Source: Bacteroidaceae bacterium
GTDB lineage: Bacteria > Bacteroidota > Bacteroidia > Bacteroidales > Bacteroidaceae
Reading direction: 5' to 3'
Length of the DNA: 58,194 bases
Assembly: GCA_045642985.1 (NCBI GenBank)
Contig: JAZUJU010000093.1
Span: 1-58,194 of the forward strand
Below are positions 20,097-29,593 of this stretch, in pieces; within the stretch, counting starts at the first letter, position 1, and each line of letters opens with the position of its first letter. The notes beneath the pieces were generated by a model. The model saw only the letters and a program-made list of their open reading frames with translations, did no database searches and had not been told where the DNA came from. A program made the position numbers and the translations under genes.

Positions 20097-21209
20097 ATGG
20101 AGAAAACAAGAGTCATTATCAGTGGAGGCGGAACGGGAGGACATATCTTTCCGGCCATTTCGATAGCGAACGCCGTGAGGGCTCTGCGCCCTGAAACCGA
20201 GATTCTGTTTGTTGGAGCCGAGAACCGTATGGAGATGCAGCGTGTACCGGCTGCCGGTTATCCGATTGAGGGACTGCCTGTGGCTGGATTCGACCGCGCG
20301 CATCTGCTCAGGAATGTATCGGTTCTGTTCAAACTGATGCGCAGTCAGTGCAAGGCCCGCAGGATTGTTCGCAAGTTCAAGCCCCAGGTGGCAGTGGGCG
20401 TCGGCGGTTATGCCAGCGGACCGACTCTCAGGATGGCAGGCCGGATGGGTGTGCCGACTCTGCTGCAGGAGCAGAACTCATTTGCGGGCGTCACCAACAA
20501 ACTGTTGGCCAAGCGCGCCGTCCGTATCTGTGTTGCTTACGAAGGTATGGAGAAGTTCTTTCCTGCCGAAAAGATTATGATGACAGGCAATCCTGTCCGT
20601 CAGAACCTGACTGAAAACACTGTGCCGCGGGATGAGGCTGCCAGACAGATGGGACTTGACCCAGCCCGCCGTATCGTCCTGATAATAGGCGGCAGTCTCG
20701 GTGCCCGCAGTGTGAATGAGAGCGTGATGGCACAGCTTGATGCTATACGCAAGGCCGAGGATGTTCAGGTCTACTGGCAGACGGGCAAAATCTACATAGA
20801 TGAGATGCGCCGCAGACTTTCCGAAACCGAGGCGGTTCCAAACCTGTTTCCGACAGATTTCATATCGGGTATGGATCTGGCCTACAGCGCTGCCGATCTG
20901 GTTATTTCGCGTGCAGGAGCCGGTTCCATATCGGAACTGTGTCTGCTGGGCAAACCGGTTATTCTGGTGCCGTCGCCAAATGTTGCCGAGGATCATCAGA
21001 CCAAGAACGCTATGGCGCTGGTCAACAGGAACGCAGCCATTCACATTGCTGATAGGGAGGCCGCATCCAGACTCGTACCGGAGGCTGTCGCACTGGTGCG
21101 CGATACTGAGAGACTGGCCGCACTCAGTGAGAATATACTGAAACTGGCTCTGCCTGATTCGGCGGAGATAATAGCCCGCGAGGTGCTGAAATTAGCTGAC
21201 AGAAAATGA
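20097..21209 (+). CDS. murG: undecaprenyldiphospho-muramoylpentapeptide beta-N-acetylglucosaminyltransferase
   Basis: 370 aa. SGGGTGGHIFPAISIA N-terminus and ISRAGAGSISEL. Confidence 0.93.
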   Translation: MEKTRVIISGGGTGGHIFPAISIANAVRALRPETEILFVGAENRMEMQRVPAAGYPIEGLPVAGFDRAHLLRNVSVLFKLMRSQCKARRIVRKFKPQVAVGVGGYASGPTLRMAGRMGVPTLLQEQNSFAGVTNKLLAKRAVRICVAYEGMEKFFPAEKIMMTGNPVRQNLTENTVPRDEAARQMGLDPARRIVLIIGGSLGARSVNESVMAQLDAIRKAEDVQVYWQTGKIYIDEMRRRLSETEAVPNLFPTDFISGMDLAYSAADLVISRAGAGSISELCLLGKPVILVPSPNVAEDHQTKNAMALVNRNAAIHIADREAASRLVPEAVALVRDTERLAALSENILKLALPDSAEIIAREVLKLADRK

Positions 21210-22600
21210 GTATGGAGTTCAATCAGATTAAATCGGTTTATTTTATAGGAGCCGGAGGCATAGGGATGAGTGCCCTGGTACGTTTCTTTCTGGCCAACGG
21301 CAAGAAGGTTGCCGGCTATGACAAGACTCCGAGTGAACTGACATCGGCCTTGATTTCAGAGGGCGCCGACATACATTTTGCTGACGATGTGGCACTTGTT
21401 CCGGAGTGCTGCCGCGATTCGGCATCGACGCTGGTGGTCTATACTCCCGCCATTCCGGCCGAGCATACCGAGATGGTGTGGTTCAGGCAGAACGGCTTTG
21501 AACTGCAGAAGAGAGCTCAGGTGCTGGGCACTCTGACCCGCAGTATGGACGGACTCTGTGTGGCGGGAACCCATGGCAAGACCACGACATCGGCAATGAC
21601 CGCCCATATTCTAGACGGTACTGAAGACGGGTGCAACGCTTTCCTGGGCGGCATTCTCAAGAATATAAAGAGCAATCTGATGATAAGTGACCGCAGTGCC
21701 CGCGTGGTTATCGAGGCCGATGAGTTCGACCGCTCGTTCCACCACCTGAGGCCTTTGCGTTCTGTCATCACTGCTGTCGATGCGGATCATCTGGACATCT
21801 ATGGCACTTACGGGAATTATGTGGAGAGTTTCCGTCACTACAGTTCGCTGATACGTCCGGGAGGTGACCTGATTCTGCGCTACGGGCTTGAGGAGAAACT
21901 GAAGCCACAGCTGCAGGATGGCGTACGTCTCTGGTCATATTCTGCCGACAGGGGCGATTTCCATGCAGAGAATGTCAGAATGGGCAATGGCAGCATTGTC
22001 TTCGATTTCGTTTCGCCGCTTGGAAACATCAGCGACATCCAGTTGGGCGTACCGGTCGCCATCAATATAGAGAATGGCGTGGCTGCAATGGCTCTGGCTC
22101 AGTTGAGCGGTGCTACAGCCGATGTCATCAGGGAGAGAATGGCTTCGTTCCGCGGAACTGACCGCCGTTTCGATTTTCATCTGAAGACGGACAGCAAGGT
22201 CTACCTGAGCGACTATGCGCATCATCCGGCAGAACTCCGGCAATGTGCGCTCTCTGTTCGTGCACTGTATGCGGACCGCAGAATCACGGCTATATTCCAG
22301 CCGCATCTCTATACCCGCACTCGTGATTTCTACAAGGATTTCGCCGACAGCCTCTCGCTGTTTGACGAGGTTTGGCTGGTGGATATATATCCTGCGCGTG
22401 AACAGCCGATACCTGGTGTTACCAGTCAGCTGGTTGCCGACAATATACGCGAAGGCGTTTGCAAGGGGGTCATTCCGCTTTCCAAGGTGATGGATGTGGT
22501 GAGGTCAGAGGCTGGCAGAATTGAGGTGCTTGTTACTGTCGGTGCCGGCGATCTGGACAATCTTGCCGGACAGATAACTGATACATTGCAGGGAAAATGA
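21206..22600 (+). CDS. murC: UDP-N-acetylmuramate--L-alanine ligase
   Basis: 464 aa. GIGMSALV and AGTHGKTTTSAM motifs. ATGA overlap with murG. Confidence 0.93.
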   Translation: MSMEFNQIKSVYFIGAGGIGMSALVRFFLANGKKVAGYDKTPSELTSALISEGADIHFADDVALVPECCRDSASTLVVYTPAIPAEHTEMVWFRQNGFELQKRAQVLGTLTRSMDGLCVAGTHGKTTTSAMTAHILDGTEDGCNAFLGGILKNIKSNLMISDRSARVVIEADEFDRSFHHLRPLRSVITAVDADHLDIYGTYGNYVESFRHYSSLIRPGGDLILRYGLEEKLKPQLQDGVRLWSYSADRGDFHAENVRMGNGSIVFDFVSPLGNISDIQLGVPVAINIENGVAAMALAQLSGATADVIRERMASFRGTDRRFDFHLKTDSKVYLSDYAHHPAELRQCALSVRALYADRRITAIFQPHLYTRTRDFYKDFADSLSLFDEVWLVDIYPAREQPIPGVTSQLVADNIREGVCKGVIPLSKVMDVVRSEAGRIEVLVTVGAGDLDNLAGQITDTLQGK

Positions 22601-23334
22601 AGTTCAGACGTGTTCTCGGTGTGATTGTGTTCCTGCTGCTGGCGGGCTACATAGGCTACTCAATAGTGAAGCTCAGCGACTCTCCTGCCGATGGAAATGA
22701 CTGTACCGCCGTGAATGTGAAGGTCGTCGGACATCAGAAATATCAGTTGCTGGATAGCGCTATGGTGTCGGGAATACTGTCCCGAAAGGGAGTCAGTCCC
22801 ATTGGAAAAAAGATGTCGGAAATACGGCTGGACACCATAGAGAAGGTGCTTGAAGCGCATCCGCTGGTGATTTCGGCCGAATGTTACAAGACTTCGGGTA
22901 ACGACGTTAAGATCAGAGTGAAGGGCATCGTTCCCATTCTGCGTGTGATGTCCCGCTCAGGCGGAGACTATCTGCTTGATGAACGCGGCGAGGTGATAGA
23001 TTCCAAGGTCTGCGCTGTCAATCTGCCGGTCGCTACAGGATATATTTCGCAGTCATTCGCTAAGGAGAAACTGATCGGTATAGCCCGCGTGATAGACGCG
23101 AGCGAATTCTGGAAAAACCAGGTGGAGCAGATTTATGTGGATGCGGAAGGTCAGGTGCAGCTGGTTCCGCGTGTGGGCAGTCACACGATTACGCTCGGCA
23201 CTCCTGACAATGTGGAGGAGAAACTGGATAAGGTGTACCGTTTCTATGCCGAGGCTCTCAAGGAGATAGGGTGGAATAAGTACAGCGACATAAGTGTGGC
23301 CTTTGACGGTCAGGTTGTATGCAGGAAAAAATAA
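22597..23334 (+). CDS. ftsQ: cell division protein FtsQ
   Basis: 245 aa with an N-terminal TM and a POTRA-like region. Conserved position between murC and ftsA, with ATGA overlap to murC. Confidence 0.8.
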   Translation: MKFRRVLGVIVFLLLAGYIGYSIVKLSDSPADGNDCTAVNVKVVGHQKYQLLDSAMVSGILSRKGVSPIGKKMSEIRLDTIEKVLEAHPLVISAECYKTSGNDVKIRVKGIVPILRVMSRSGGDYLLDERGEVIDSKVCAVNLPVATGYISQSFAKEKLIGIARVIDASEFWKNQVEQIYVDAEGQVQLVPRVGSHTITLGTPDNVEEKLDKVYRFYAEALKEIGWNKYSDISVAFDGQVVCRKK

Positions 23335-23351
23335 GGACATTAATCCATAAT

Positions 23352-24842
23352 ATGAACAATAGCAGTAAAATAGTAGTGGCTGTAGAGCTTGGCTCGTCGA
23401 AACTGTCAGGAGCGGCCGCACGGAAGAATGAGGACGGAAGCCTGGAGGTGATTGCATGCGCTTCGGTCCCGTCGTCATCATTCATACATCAGGGCGCCGT
23501 CTATAATCTGGACAAGACAGCCGAAGGACTGGCACTCCTGAACGAGTTGCTTGAACGTCAGTTGGGTACAAGGATACTCCAGGTCTTTACGGGCTTTGCG
23601 GGCAAGTCTCTGCGCTCGTCGCAGGCTGTGGTGTCGCGCGATCTGCCTGACGGAAATATCGTCACCTCGGAACTTGTGGACGAGATGCTGATTGAATGCG
23701 GCGAGATGCCGTCAGATGGGATGCTTTCACTGAGCATCGCGTCGCAGGAGTTCACGACAGACCACAAGAGCCTGCCTGAGAGCGATCCTATCGGCATAGC
23801 CTGCACACATATTGACGGCCGGTTCCAGCGAATAATGATACGTCCCAAACTGTTCAGACTGCTGGATGACAGTTTCAGACATGCCACCATGCAGTTGGCC
23901 GACAGCTATATCCAGCCAGTGGCCCTGGCGGATATGCTTCTGACTGCGGATGAGCGTCAGAAGGGCTGCGCCTTAGTGGATTACGGTGCCGACACGACTA
24001 CGGTTACGGTATTCAAGGGCGGTCAGCTGTGCTATCTGCGCGTTCTGCCGCTTGGCAGTGACACCATCACCAAGGATATCATGAGCGTGTTCCGTCTGAA
24101 TCACGACGAGGCAGAGTCACTGAAACTGACATACGGACTGTTCAACCTTTCCGGTTCGGGCGAGGAGAAGACAATGGTGGGCGGCAACGAGGTGTCGTTG
24201 AAACTGCTTGGCGAGGTCATAGAGTCGCGCAACGAAGAGATTATGGCGAATGTCATTCATCAGATCAAGAATTCAGGCTATTACGATTCGCTGTTCAGCG
24301 GTGTCGTGGTGACCGGTGGCGGAAGCAATCTGAAGAAACTGCATACAGCTATGGCCCAGCTCTTTACCGGCCTGAGTCCGATTCGCTTTGCAAAGAATGT
24401 GCCGTGTGACATCAAGTGGTGCGAGACGGACTGGGATCTGACTGACGCCACTCATCTGGGACTGCTCTCACTGCTGCTGCATGCCGATGAGAACTGTTGC
24501 GAGGAAAAGGAGGAGATAGACATGTATGCGGAACCGTCCCTCGAAGAGCAGAAGGCAATGACTACCGGCGACCTGTTTACTCCCGAAGGCGAAGATGCAC
24601 AGCAGGAGCGTGACCGCAAGGCCGAGGAGAAGCGCCGCGAGCAGAAAGAGCGCAGACAGCAGGAAAGGGAGGAACAGGAGACGGCTGAGGCTATTTCCAA
24701 GATAGCAGATGAGGCCAGACGCGCTGTTCTTGGCGAGGACTCCGATGACGCTGATGTCAAGGAGAAAAAGCCGACCAAGGGGCAGAGATGGCTGGATATG
24801 GCACGTAGCTCTCTGCACAAATTCTTTGAAGATGTTCAATAA
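23352..24842 (+). CDS. ftsA: cell division protein FtsA with a long charged C-terminal linker
   Basis: 496 aa from the ATG at 23352. Actin-fold motifs VAVELGSSK, VDYGADTTTV and VVTGGGSNL. E/R/K-rich linker, then a terminal amphipathic helix WLDMARSSLHKFFEDV. Confidence 0.9.
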   Translation: MNNSSKIVVAVELGSSKLSGAAARKNEDGSLEVIACASVPSSSFIHQGAVYNLDKTAEGLALLNELLERQLGTRILQVFTGFAGKSLRSSQAVVSRDLPDGNIVTSELVDEMLIECGEMPSDGMLSLSIASQEFTTDHKSLPESDPIGIACTHIDGRFQRIMIRPKLFRLLDDSFRHATMQLADSYIQPVALADMLLTADERQKGCALVDYGADTTTVTVFKGGQLCYLRVLPLGSDTITKDIMSVFRLNHDEAESLKLTYGLFNLSGSGEEKTMVGGNEVSLKLLGEVIESRNEEIMANVIHQIKNSGYYDSLFSGVVVTGGGSNLKKLHTAMAQLFTGLSPIRFAKNVPCDIKWCETDWDLTDATHLGLLSLLLHADENCCEEKEEIDMYAEPSLEEQKAMTTGDLFTPEGEDAQQERDRKAEEKRREQKERRQQEREEQETAEAISKIADEARRAVLGEDSDDADVKEKKPTKGQRWLDMARSSLHKFFEDVQ

Positions 24843-24855
24843 ACAGGAATCAGCT

Positions 24856-26061
24856 ATGAACGAAACGATAAAGGAATTCGAGGAGAATGAATTTCTGCCA
24901 TTCGGTTTTCCGACAGAGATACATAAGATTATTAAGGTAATCGGTGTAGGTGGCGGCGGCGGAAATGCCGTTAAGAACATGTACCGTGAGGGTATACGCG
25001 ATGTGGTGTTCGCTCTTGCGAATACGGACAGTCAGGCTCTGGCTGAGTCGGACATTCCGGTCAAGTTGCAGCTCGGCAAGGGACTCGGAGCCGGAAACGA
25101 TCCGGAGGTTGCGCGTCAGGCCGCTGAAGATAGCGTTGACAGCATCAAGGGAATGTTTCACGATGACACCAAGATGGTTTTCATTACAGCCGGAATGGGC
25201 GGCGGAACAGGTACTGGTGCTGCTCCGGTAATAGCACGCTGTGCAAGGGAGGAGGGCATGCTGACTGTAGGCATCGTCACCATCCCGTTCAAGTTCGAGA
25301 TGCGTCCCAAAATCCGTCAGGCAATTGCCGGAGTCAAGGAGATGGCTAAGTATGTCGATGCCCTGCTGGTCATAAACAACGAGCGGCTGCTGGACATCTA
25401 TTCCGAGCAGAAGGTCACCGACGGCTTCAGAAAAGCTGACGAGACACTGACGACGGCGACCAAGAGCATTGCCGAACTGATTACGGTACGCGGAACAATC
25501 AATCTGGACTTCCGCGATGTGCGCAAGGTGCTGAAGGATGGCGGTGTGGCCATAATGAGCTCCGGTGAGGCATCGGGCGAAAACAGGGTGGAGCAGGCCA
25601 TTCAGTCGGCTCTCACTTCGCCGCTTCTCTATAACAACGACATTTACAGCGCGAAGAAGATACTGTTCAACATCTATCAGAGTACGGACGAACAGTATCA
25701 GCTGGTCCTCAACGAGATGAACGAGATACGTCACTTTATGGACAAGTTCGAGGATGAGAATATCGAGGTCATCTGGGGCCTTGCAAGCGACTCGTCTCTC
25801 GGCGACAAGGTCAAGATTACGATTCTCGCAACCGGTTTCGGAATGAGCAACATCCCGTTGGACGATACTGACGACAAGGAGGAGACTATCAGCAAACTGT
25901 ACAACGAGCCGGCTGGAAAGAAGGCTCTCTATGTATTTGAACTGGAGGATGAGGATATGGACAACGACGCGCTGATCAACGCATTGACCGATTCCCCGAC
26001 TCACCTGCGCCGCTCATCGGAACTTTCTGAAATAAAGGCACTGCGCGGGGGCGTGAACTAA
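24856..26061 (+). CDS. ftsZ: cell division protein FtsZ
   Basis: 401 aa from the ATG at 24856. [10 protein letters not shown] and the tubulin signature [13 protein letters not shown]. Confidence 0.95.
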   Translation: MNETIKEFEENEFLPFGFPTEIHKIIKVIGVGGGGGNAVKNMYREGIRDVVFALANTDSQALAESDIPVKLQLGKGLGAGNDPEVARQAAEDSVDSIKGMFHDDTKMVFITAGMGGGTGTGAAPVIARCAREEGMLTVGIVTIPFKFEMRPKIRQAIAGVKEMAKYVDALLVINNERLLDIYSEQKVTDGFRKADETLTTATKSIAELITVRGTINLDFRDVRKVLKDGGVAIMSSGEASGENRVEQAIQSALTSPLLYNNDIYSAKKILFNIYQSTDEQYQLVLNEMNEIRHFMDKFEDENIEVIWGLASDSSLGDKVKITILATGFGMSNIPLDDTDDKEETISKLYNEPAGKKALYVFELEDEDMDNDALINALTDSPTHLRRSSELSEIKALRGGVN

Positions 26062-26786
26062 CTGAATACAGTCTGTAGCACTTCGACGGACTTCAACTGC
26101 GGGAATTCGGGAAGGTGCAGTCTGAAATAAGTGTTGAGGCTGTTCAGCAGGGAGGCTCTCATACAGCCGGTCATGGGTATGGCGGCGGCATCACTGATGC
26201 TGCCGCTCTTCATCAGTTGCAGTACCTTGAACGATTCGTCCGAATCGAGATAGTTCTGATGACTAGGCTCCGAATTGCAGAATGTGCCGCTTTCAAAGTC
26301 GAGCCTGCAGCCGGGCGTGTAGTCATCGCTGTTGGGGGCTATGCCTATGTACGCCGCTACCTTCAGCATAACGAAGAGATGGGCGTTGCCTGTGTCGTGT
26401 GCGGAGTCGAGTTCTGAAATAGTGTCGTAAAGAAATGCAAAGAGCGGGATGTTGGTGCTCTCGTTGCGCAGGGCGTATGTCAGGAACTCTCCCAAGAACA
26501 GGGCTATGCAACTTTTGATGGGATTGAACGGTATCTCGCTGAACGGTAGGATGTTGGCCGATTCCCGAAGCTGTGACAGACTGCTGTCGTGACTGATTCG
26601 GGTCTCCATACCGATGATGGTCAGCGGCTGGAGAAGCGCGTTCCGCCTGGCGCCAGTGGCCCTTGCCGGAGAGTAGAAGATAAAGGACACGAAGCCGTCC
26701 TGTTCGGTGAAGAGATGCAGCACGCAGCTTTTGTCATTGTGCCTGATTGCACCCAAAACGATGCCCCTGTCTTTCTTCCACACCAT
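26058..26786 (-). CDS. recO: DNA repair protein RecO
   Basis: 242 aa from the ATG at 26786. N-terminal OB-fold-like DRGIVLGAIRHNDKSCVLHLFTEQDGFVSF. Length and overall pattern fit RecO, but the similarity judged by eye is weaker than for the other calls. Confidence 0.75.
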   Translation of the reverse strand: MVWKKDRGIVLGAIRHNDKSCVLHLFTEQDGFVSFIFYSPARATGARRNALLQPLTIIGMETRISHDSSLSQLRESANILPFSEIPFNPIKSCIALFLGEFLTYALRNESTNIPLFAFLYDTISELDSAHDTGNAHLFVMLKVAAYIGIAPNSDDYTPGCRLDFESGTFCNSEPSHQNYLDSDESFKVLQLMKSGSISDAAAIPMTGCMRASLLNSLNTYFRLHLPEFPQLKSVEVLQTVFS

Positions 26787-26857
26787 TGTTTTATAAAACT
26801 TTGCCAGTGCGAAGATAAAAAATCTTTCGGAAACTTGGCAGATTCGGAAAATGTAAC

Positions 26858-26865
26858 TACTTTTG
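26858..26865 (+). promoter_or_regulatory. candidate -7 box (TACTTTTG) upstream of tRNA-Glu/rpsT
   Basis: TAnnTTTG match followed by CAACCGC, which resembles the CACCGC extension of the other tRNA promoters. It lies 61 nt before the tRNA 5' end, so the leader would be unusually long. Confidence 0.4.
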
Positions 26866-26926
26866 CAACCGCTCAAAAGGCAGATTCTGTGGAAACGCTT
26901 GTAAAAGCACTGAAACAGAGAAGGAT

Positions 26927-26998
26927 GGCGCGCTCGTATATCGGTTAGTACTCAAGATTTTCATTCTTGCAAGATGAGTTCGACTCTCATGCGCGCTA
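26927..26998 (+). tRNA. tRNA-Glu (anticodon TTC)
   Basis: Hand-folded 72-nt cloverleaf. Acceptor GGCGCGC/GCGCGCT (G1-U72 wobble), U8, D arm GTAT-ATCGGTTA-GTAC, anticodon arm CAAGA-TTTTCAT-TCTTG, 4-nt variable loop, T arm ATGAG-TTCGACT-CTCAT, discriminator A. Masked by spurious ORF 26589..26948. Confidence 0.7.
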
Positions 26999-27026
26999 CA
27001 AGGACAAATGAAATTAAATTTTAGAA

Positions 27027-27281
27027 ATGGCAAATCACAAAGCGACTCTCAAGTCAACAAGACAGAGTGAAAAGAGAAAACTGCACAACCGCTACTACGC
27101 TAAGACTATGCGTAATGCAGTTCGTCAGCTCCGTGCAATGACAAACAAGGAGGAGGCTGCAACAGCTTATCCTAAGGTTCAGAAGCTTCTGGACAAGATG
27201 GCAAAGACCCGTATCATCCATCCGAACAAGGCTGCTAACCTCAAGTCAAAGCTCTGCGCTACAATCGCAAAGATGGCTTAA
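27027..27281 (+). CDS. rpsT: 30S ribosomal protein S20
   Basis: 84 aa, basic. [22 protein letters not shown]-terminus. Confidence 0.93.
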   Translation: MANHKATLKSTRQSEKRKLHNRYYAKTMRNAVRQLRAMTNKEEAATAYPKVQKLLDKMAKTRIIHPNKAANLKSKLCATIAKMA

Positions 27282-27307
27282 GTCACACGACTCTGCAGAA
27301 AATTGAG

Positions 27308-27336
27308 AGGACGACTGGTAATCAGCCGTCCTTTTA
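27308..27336 (+). terminator. rho-independent terminator after rpsT (probably also serves the convergent ligase operon)
   Basis: AGGACGACTG-GTAAT-CAGCCGTCCT (10-bp stem with one mismatch) followed by TTTTATT. A second 9-bp hairpin, AAGGGCTGA/TCAGCCCTT at 27343-27366, overlaps the stop codon of the minus-strand gene. Confidence 0.6.
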
Positions 27337-27357
27337 TTGTTGAAGGGCTGATCAGCG

Positions 27358-29022
27358 TCAGCCCTTTGTCTCGTCCTTCTGGCGTATCTCTACCCTGCGA
27401 ATCTTGCCGCTGATTGTCTTGGGAAGTTCCTTGACAAACTCTATCACACGCGGGTATTTGTACGGTGCAGACACCTTTTTTACGTGATTCTGAATCTCCT
27501 TGATGAGCGCATCCTTGTCCGGTACGTCACGATACTCCCTGGCAAGTACTATGGTGGCCTTGACTACCTGGCCGCGCACTTCGTCGGGGACACCGGTCAC
27601 GGCGCATTCGACTACGGCGGGATGAGTCATAAGAGCGCTTTCGACCTCGAACGGGCCTATGCGGTAACCCGAACTCTTGATGACATCGTCGGTACGGCCG
27701 ACAAACCAGTAATAGCCGTCACTGTCGCGCCAGGCTACATCGCCGGTGTGGTATATGCCGTTGTTGTGAACTGTTTTGGTAAGTTCGGGATTGTGGTAAT
27801 ACTCCTCGAACAGACCCACAGGACGTCGGCGGTCGGTGTGCAGAATGATTTCTCCGCTTTCTCCGTCTTCGGCGGAGCGGCCGTCAGCGGTGAGAAGATC
27901 CATATCGTATGCCGGATTAGGCACTCCCAGGGAACCCGGTTTGGATTCCATCCACGGGAAAGTGGCGATGGTGAGCGTGGTTTCGGTCTGGCCGAATCCC
28001 TCGTGAATGGATAGACCGGTAGCCTTCTTCCATGTGTCGAACACACTCGGATTGAGAGGCTCGCCTGCGGTCGTGCAGTATTCCAGCGCGCTCAGGTCAT
28101 ACTGACTCAGGTCCTCGCGGATAAGGAACCGGTATATGGTCGGCGGCGCGCAGAACGATGTCACTCTGTACTTTGCCATTGCTGACAGGATTGCTGACGG
28201 GGTGAATTTTTCGTGGTCGAACACGAATACTGTGGCTCCGACAAGCCACTGCCCGTACAGCTTGCCCCATACGGCTTTGCCCCAGCCGGTGTCAGCGACT
28301 GTAAGGTGCAGGCTTCCCTCGTGCAGGTTGTGCCAGTATTTGGCAGTGACGATATGCCCTAGCGGGTATAGGAAGTTGTGAGCTACCATTTTCGGATTGC
28401 CTGACGAACCCGATGTGAAGTAAAGCAACGATATGTCATTGTTGCTGTTTACTGTCGTCGGACGGACAAACTCTGGGGCGTTGCGGCGGCCCTTGTTCAT
28501 GCTGTACCATCGTCCTTCCTCGTAGTCGCCGGTGGCAATGATGCATTTGACTGACGGCGACTGTTCCAGGCATTTCTCGACATGGGAGATTATGTTAGGT
28601 TCGGATGCTGCCACTATGGCCTTGACATCGGCGGAGTTGCAGCGGTAGATGAGGTCCTTTTCGGTAAGCAGGTGAGTCGCGGGAATGGCAACGGCGCCGA
28701 TTTTGTGGAGCGCGATTATCGTGAACCAGAAATCGGTCCTGCGCTTGAGCATCATCAGAACTGCGTCGCCACGGCGTATTCCAAGCTGCATGAGGAATGC
28801 TGCGGTCTTGTCCGACTCCCTCTTTATGTCGGCGAACGAGTACAGATGCTCGTCGCCTTCGTCGTTGGTCCAAAGCAGTGCCGGCTTGTCGGGCTGCTCG
28901 GCCGCCCAGACGTCAACTACATCGTATGCGAAGTTGAAATTGTCCGGGACATCTATCTCGAATTTCAGGCGGAACTCTTCAAGAGAGCTGAATTCCGTCT
29001 GTTTCAGAAATCTTTCAAGCAT
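27358..29022 (-). CDS. AMP-forming acyl-CoA synthetase, medium-chain (ACSM/MACS-like) subfamily
   Basis: 554 aa. Adenylate-forming motifs YFTSGSSGNPKMV, GFGQTET, YHTGDVAWRDSDGYYWFVGRTDDVIK and PKTISGKIRR. Confidence 0.85.
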   Translation of the reverse strand: MLERFLKQTEFSSLEEFRLKFEIDVPDNFNFAYDVVDVWAAEQPDKPALLWTNDEGDEHLYSFADIKRESDKTAAFLMQLGIRRGDAVLMMLKRRTDFWFTIIALHKIGAVAIPATHLLTEKDLIYRCNSADVKAIVAASEPNIISHVEKCLEQSPSVKCIIATGDYEEGRWYSMNKGRRNAPEFVRPTTVNSNNDISLLYFTSGSSGNPKMVAHNFLYPLGHIVTAKYWHNLHEGSLHLTVADTGWGKAVWGKLYGQWLVGATVFVFDHEKFTPSAILSAMAKYRVTSFCAPPTIYRFLIREDLSQYDLSALEYCTTAGEPLNPSVFDTWKKATGLSIHEGFGQTETTLTIATFPWMESKPGSLGVPNPAYDMDLLTADGRSAEDGESGEIILHTDRRRPVGLFEEYYHNPELTKTVHNNGIYHTGDVAWRDSDGYYWFVGRTDDVIKSSGYRIGPFEVESALMTHPAVVECAVTGVPDEVRGQVVKATIVLAREYRDVPDKDALIKEIQNHVKKVSAPYKYPRVIEFVKELPKTISGKIRRVEIRQKDETKG

Positions 29023-29025
29023 AAA

Positions 29026-29583
29026 TCAGATGATAATTGCGAAAAAACGGGCGGGCTCTCCGTTGAGGGCTCTGACTGCGTGAGGCTGGTTTGCATCGAA
29101 GTAGATGCTGTCTCCCTCGTTCAGTATGATTTCCTTGCCGTCTATGTTCATCAGGATGCTGCCTTTCAGAATAAGGTTGAACTCCTGGTCATCGTGTGTG
29201 TTCAGGTGCAGATGCTCCTCGTCCTTCGGGTCAACCGTAACGATGAACGGCGATGCCTTGGCATGCTTGAAGCCCATTGCCAGCGCCTGGTACTTGTATG
29301 CCTTCTGACGCTCGATGACCGGTCCTTTGCCCTTGCGGACAAGCCAGTAGTTGTTCATCGTGGGCGTGTCGCCCGAAAAGAGTTCGAGCGGCTCGACACC
29401 CATCACGACAGCGGCGTTGCAGACAAAGTTCATGGGAATGTCCGATTCTCCGCTTTCGTATCTCTGGATTTCCGCGTCTGTGACGCCACACTTTTCAGCA
29501 AGTTCCCCAGTACTCATTTCCAGATCCTCGCGAAGTCCTCTCAGACGCATCGCCATCTGCTTGATTTGCTCGTTCAGTGCCAT
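29026..29583 (-). CDS. XRE-family HTH + cupin transcriptional regulator (PuuR-like architecture)
   Basis: 185 aa. N-terminal HTH_3-like LRGLREDLEMSTGELAEKCGVTDAEIQRYESGE. C-terminal cupin EFNLILKGSI...GDSIYFDANQPH. Confidence 0.85.
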   Translation of the reverse strand: MALNEQIKQMAMRLRGLREDLEMSTGELAEKCGVTDAEIQRYESGESDIPMNFVCNAAVVMGVEPLELFSGDTPTMNNYWLVRKGKGPVIERQKAYKYQALAMGFKHAKASPFIVTVDPKDEEHLHLNTHDDQEFNLILKGSILMNIDGKEIILNEGDSIYFDANQPHAVRALNGEPARFFAIII

Positions 29584-29593
29584 ATTTCCTGTT

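Noticed and set aside
26589-26948. A 119-aa ORF spanning the recO upstream region and the start of tRNA-Glu. Similarly, ORF 5099-5407 lies across tRNA-Val.
   Set aside because: They overlap tRNA cloverleaves, terminators and promoters. There is no protein-like motif.
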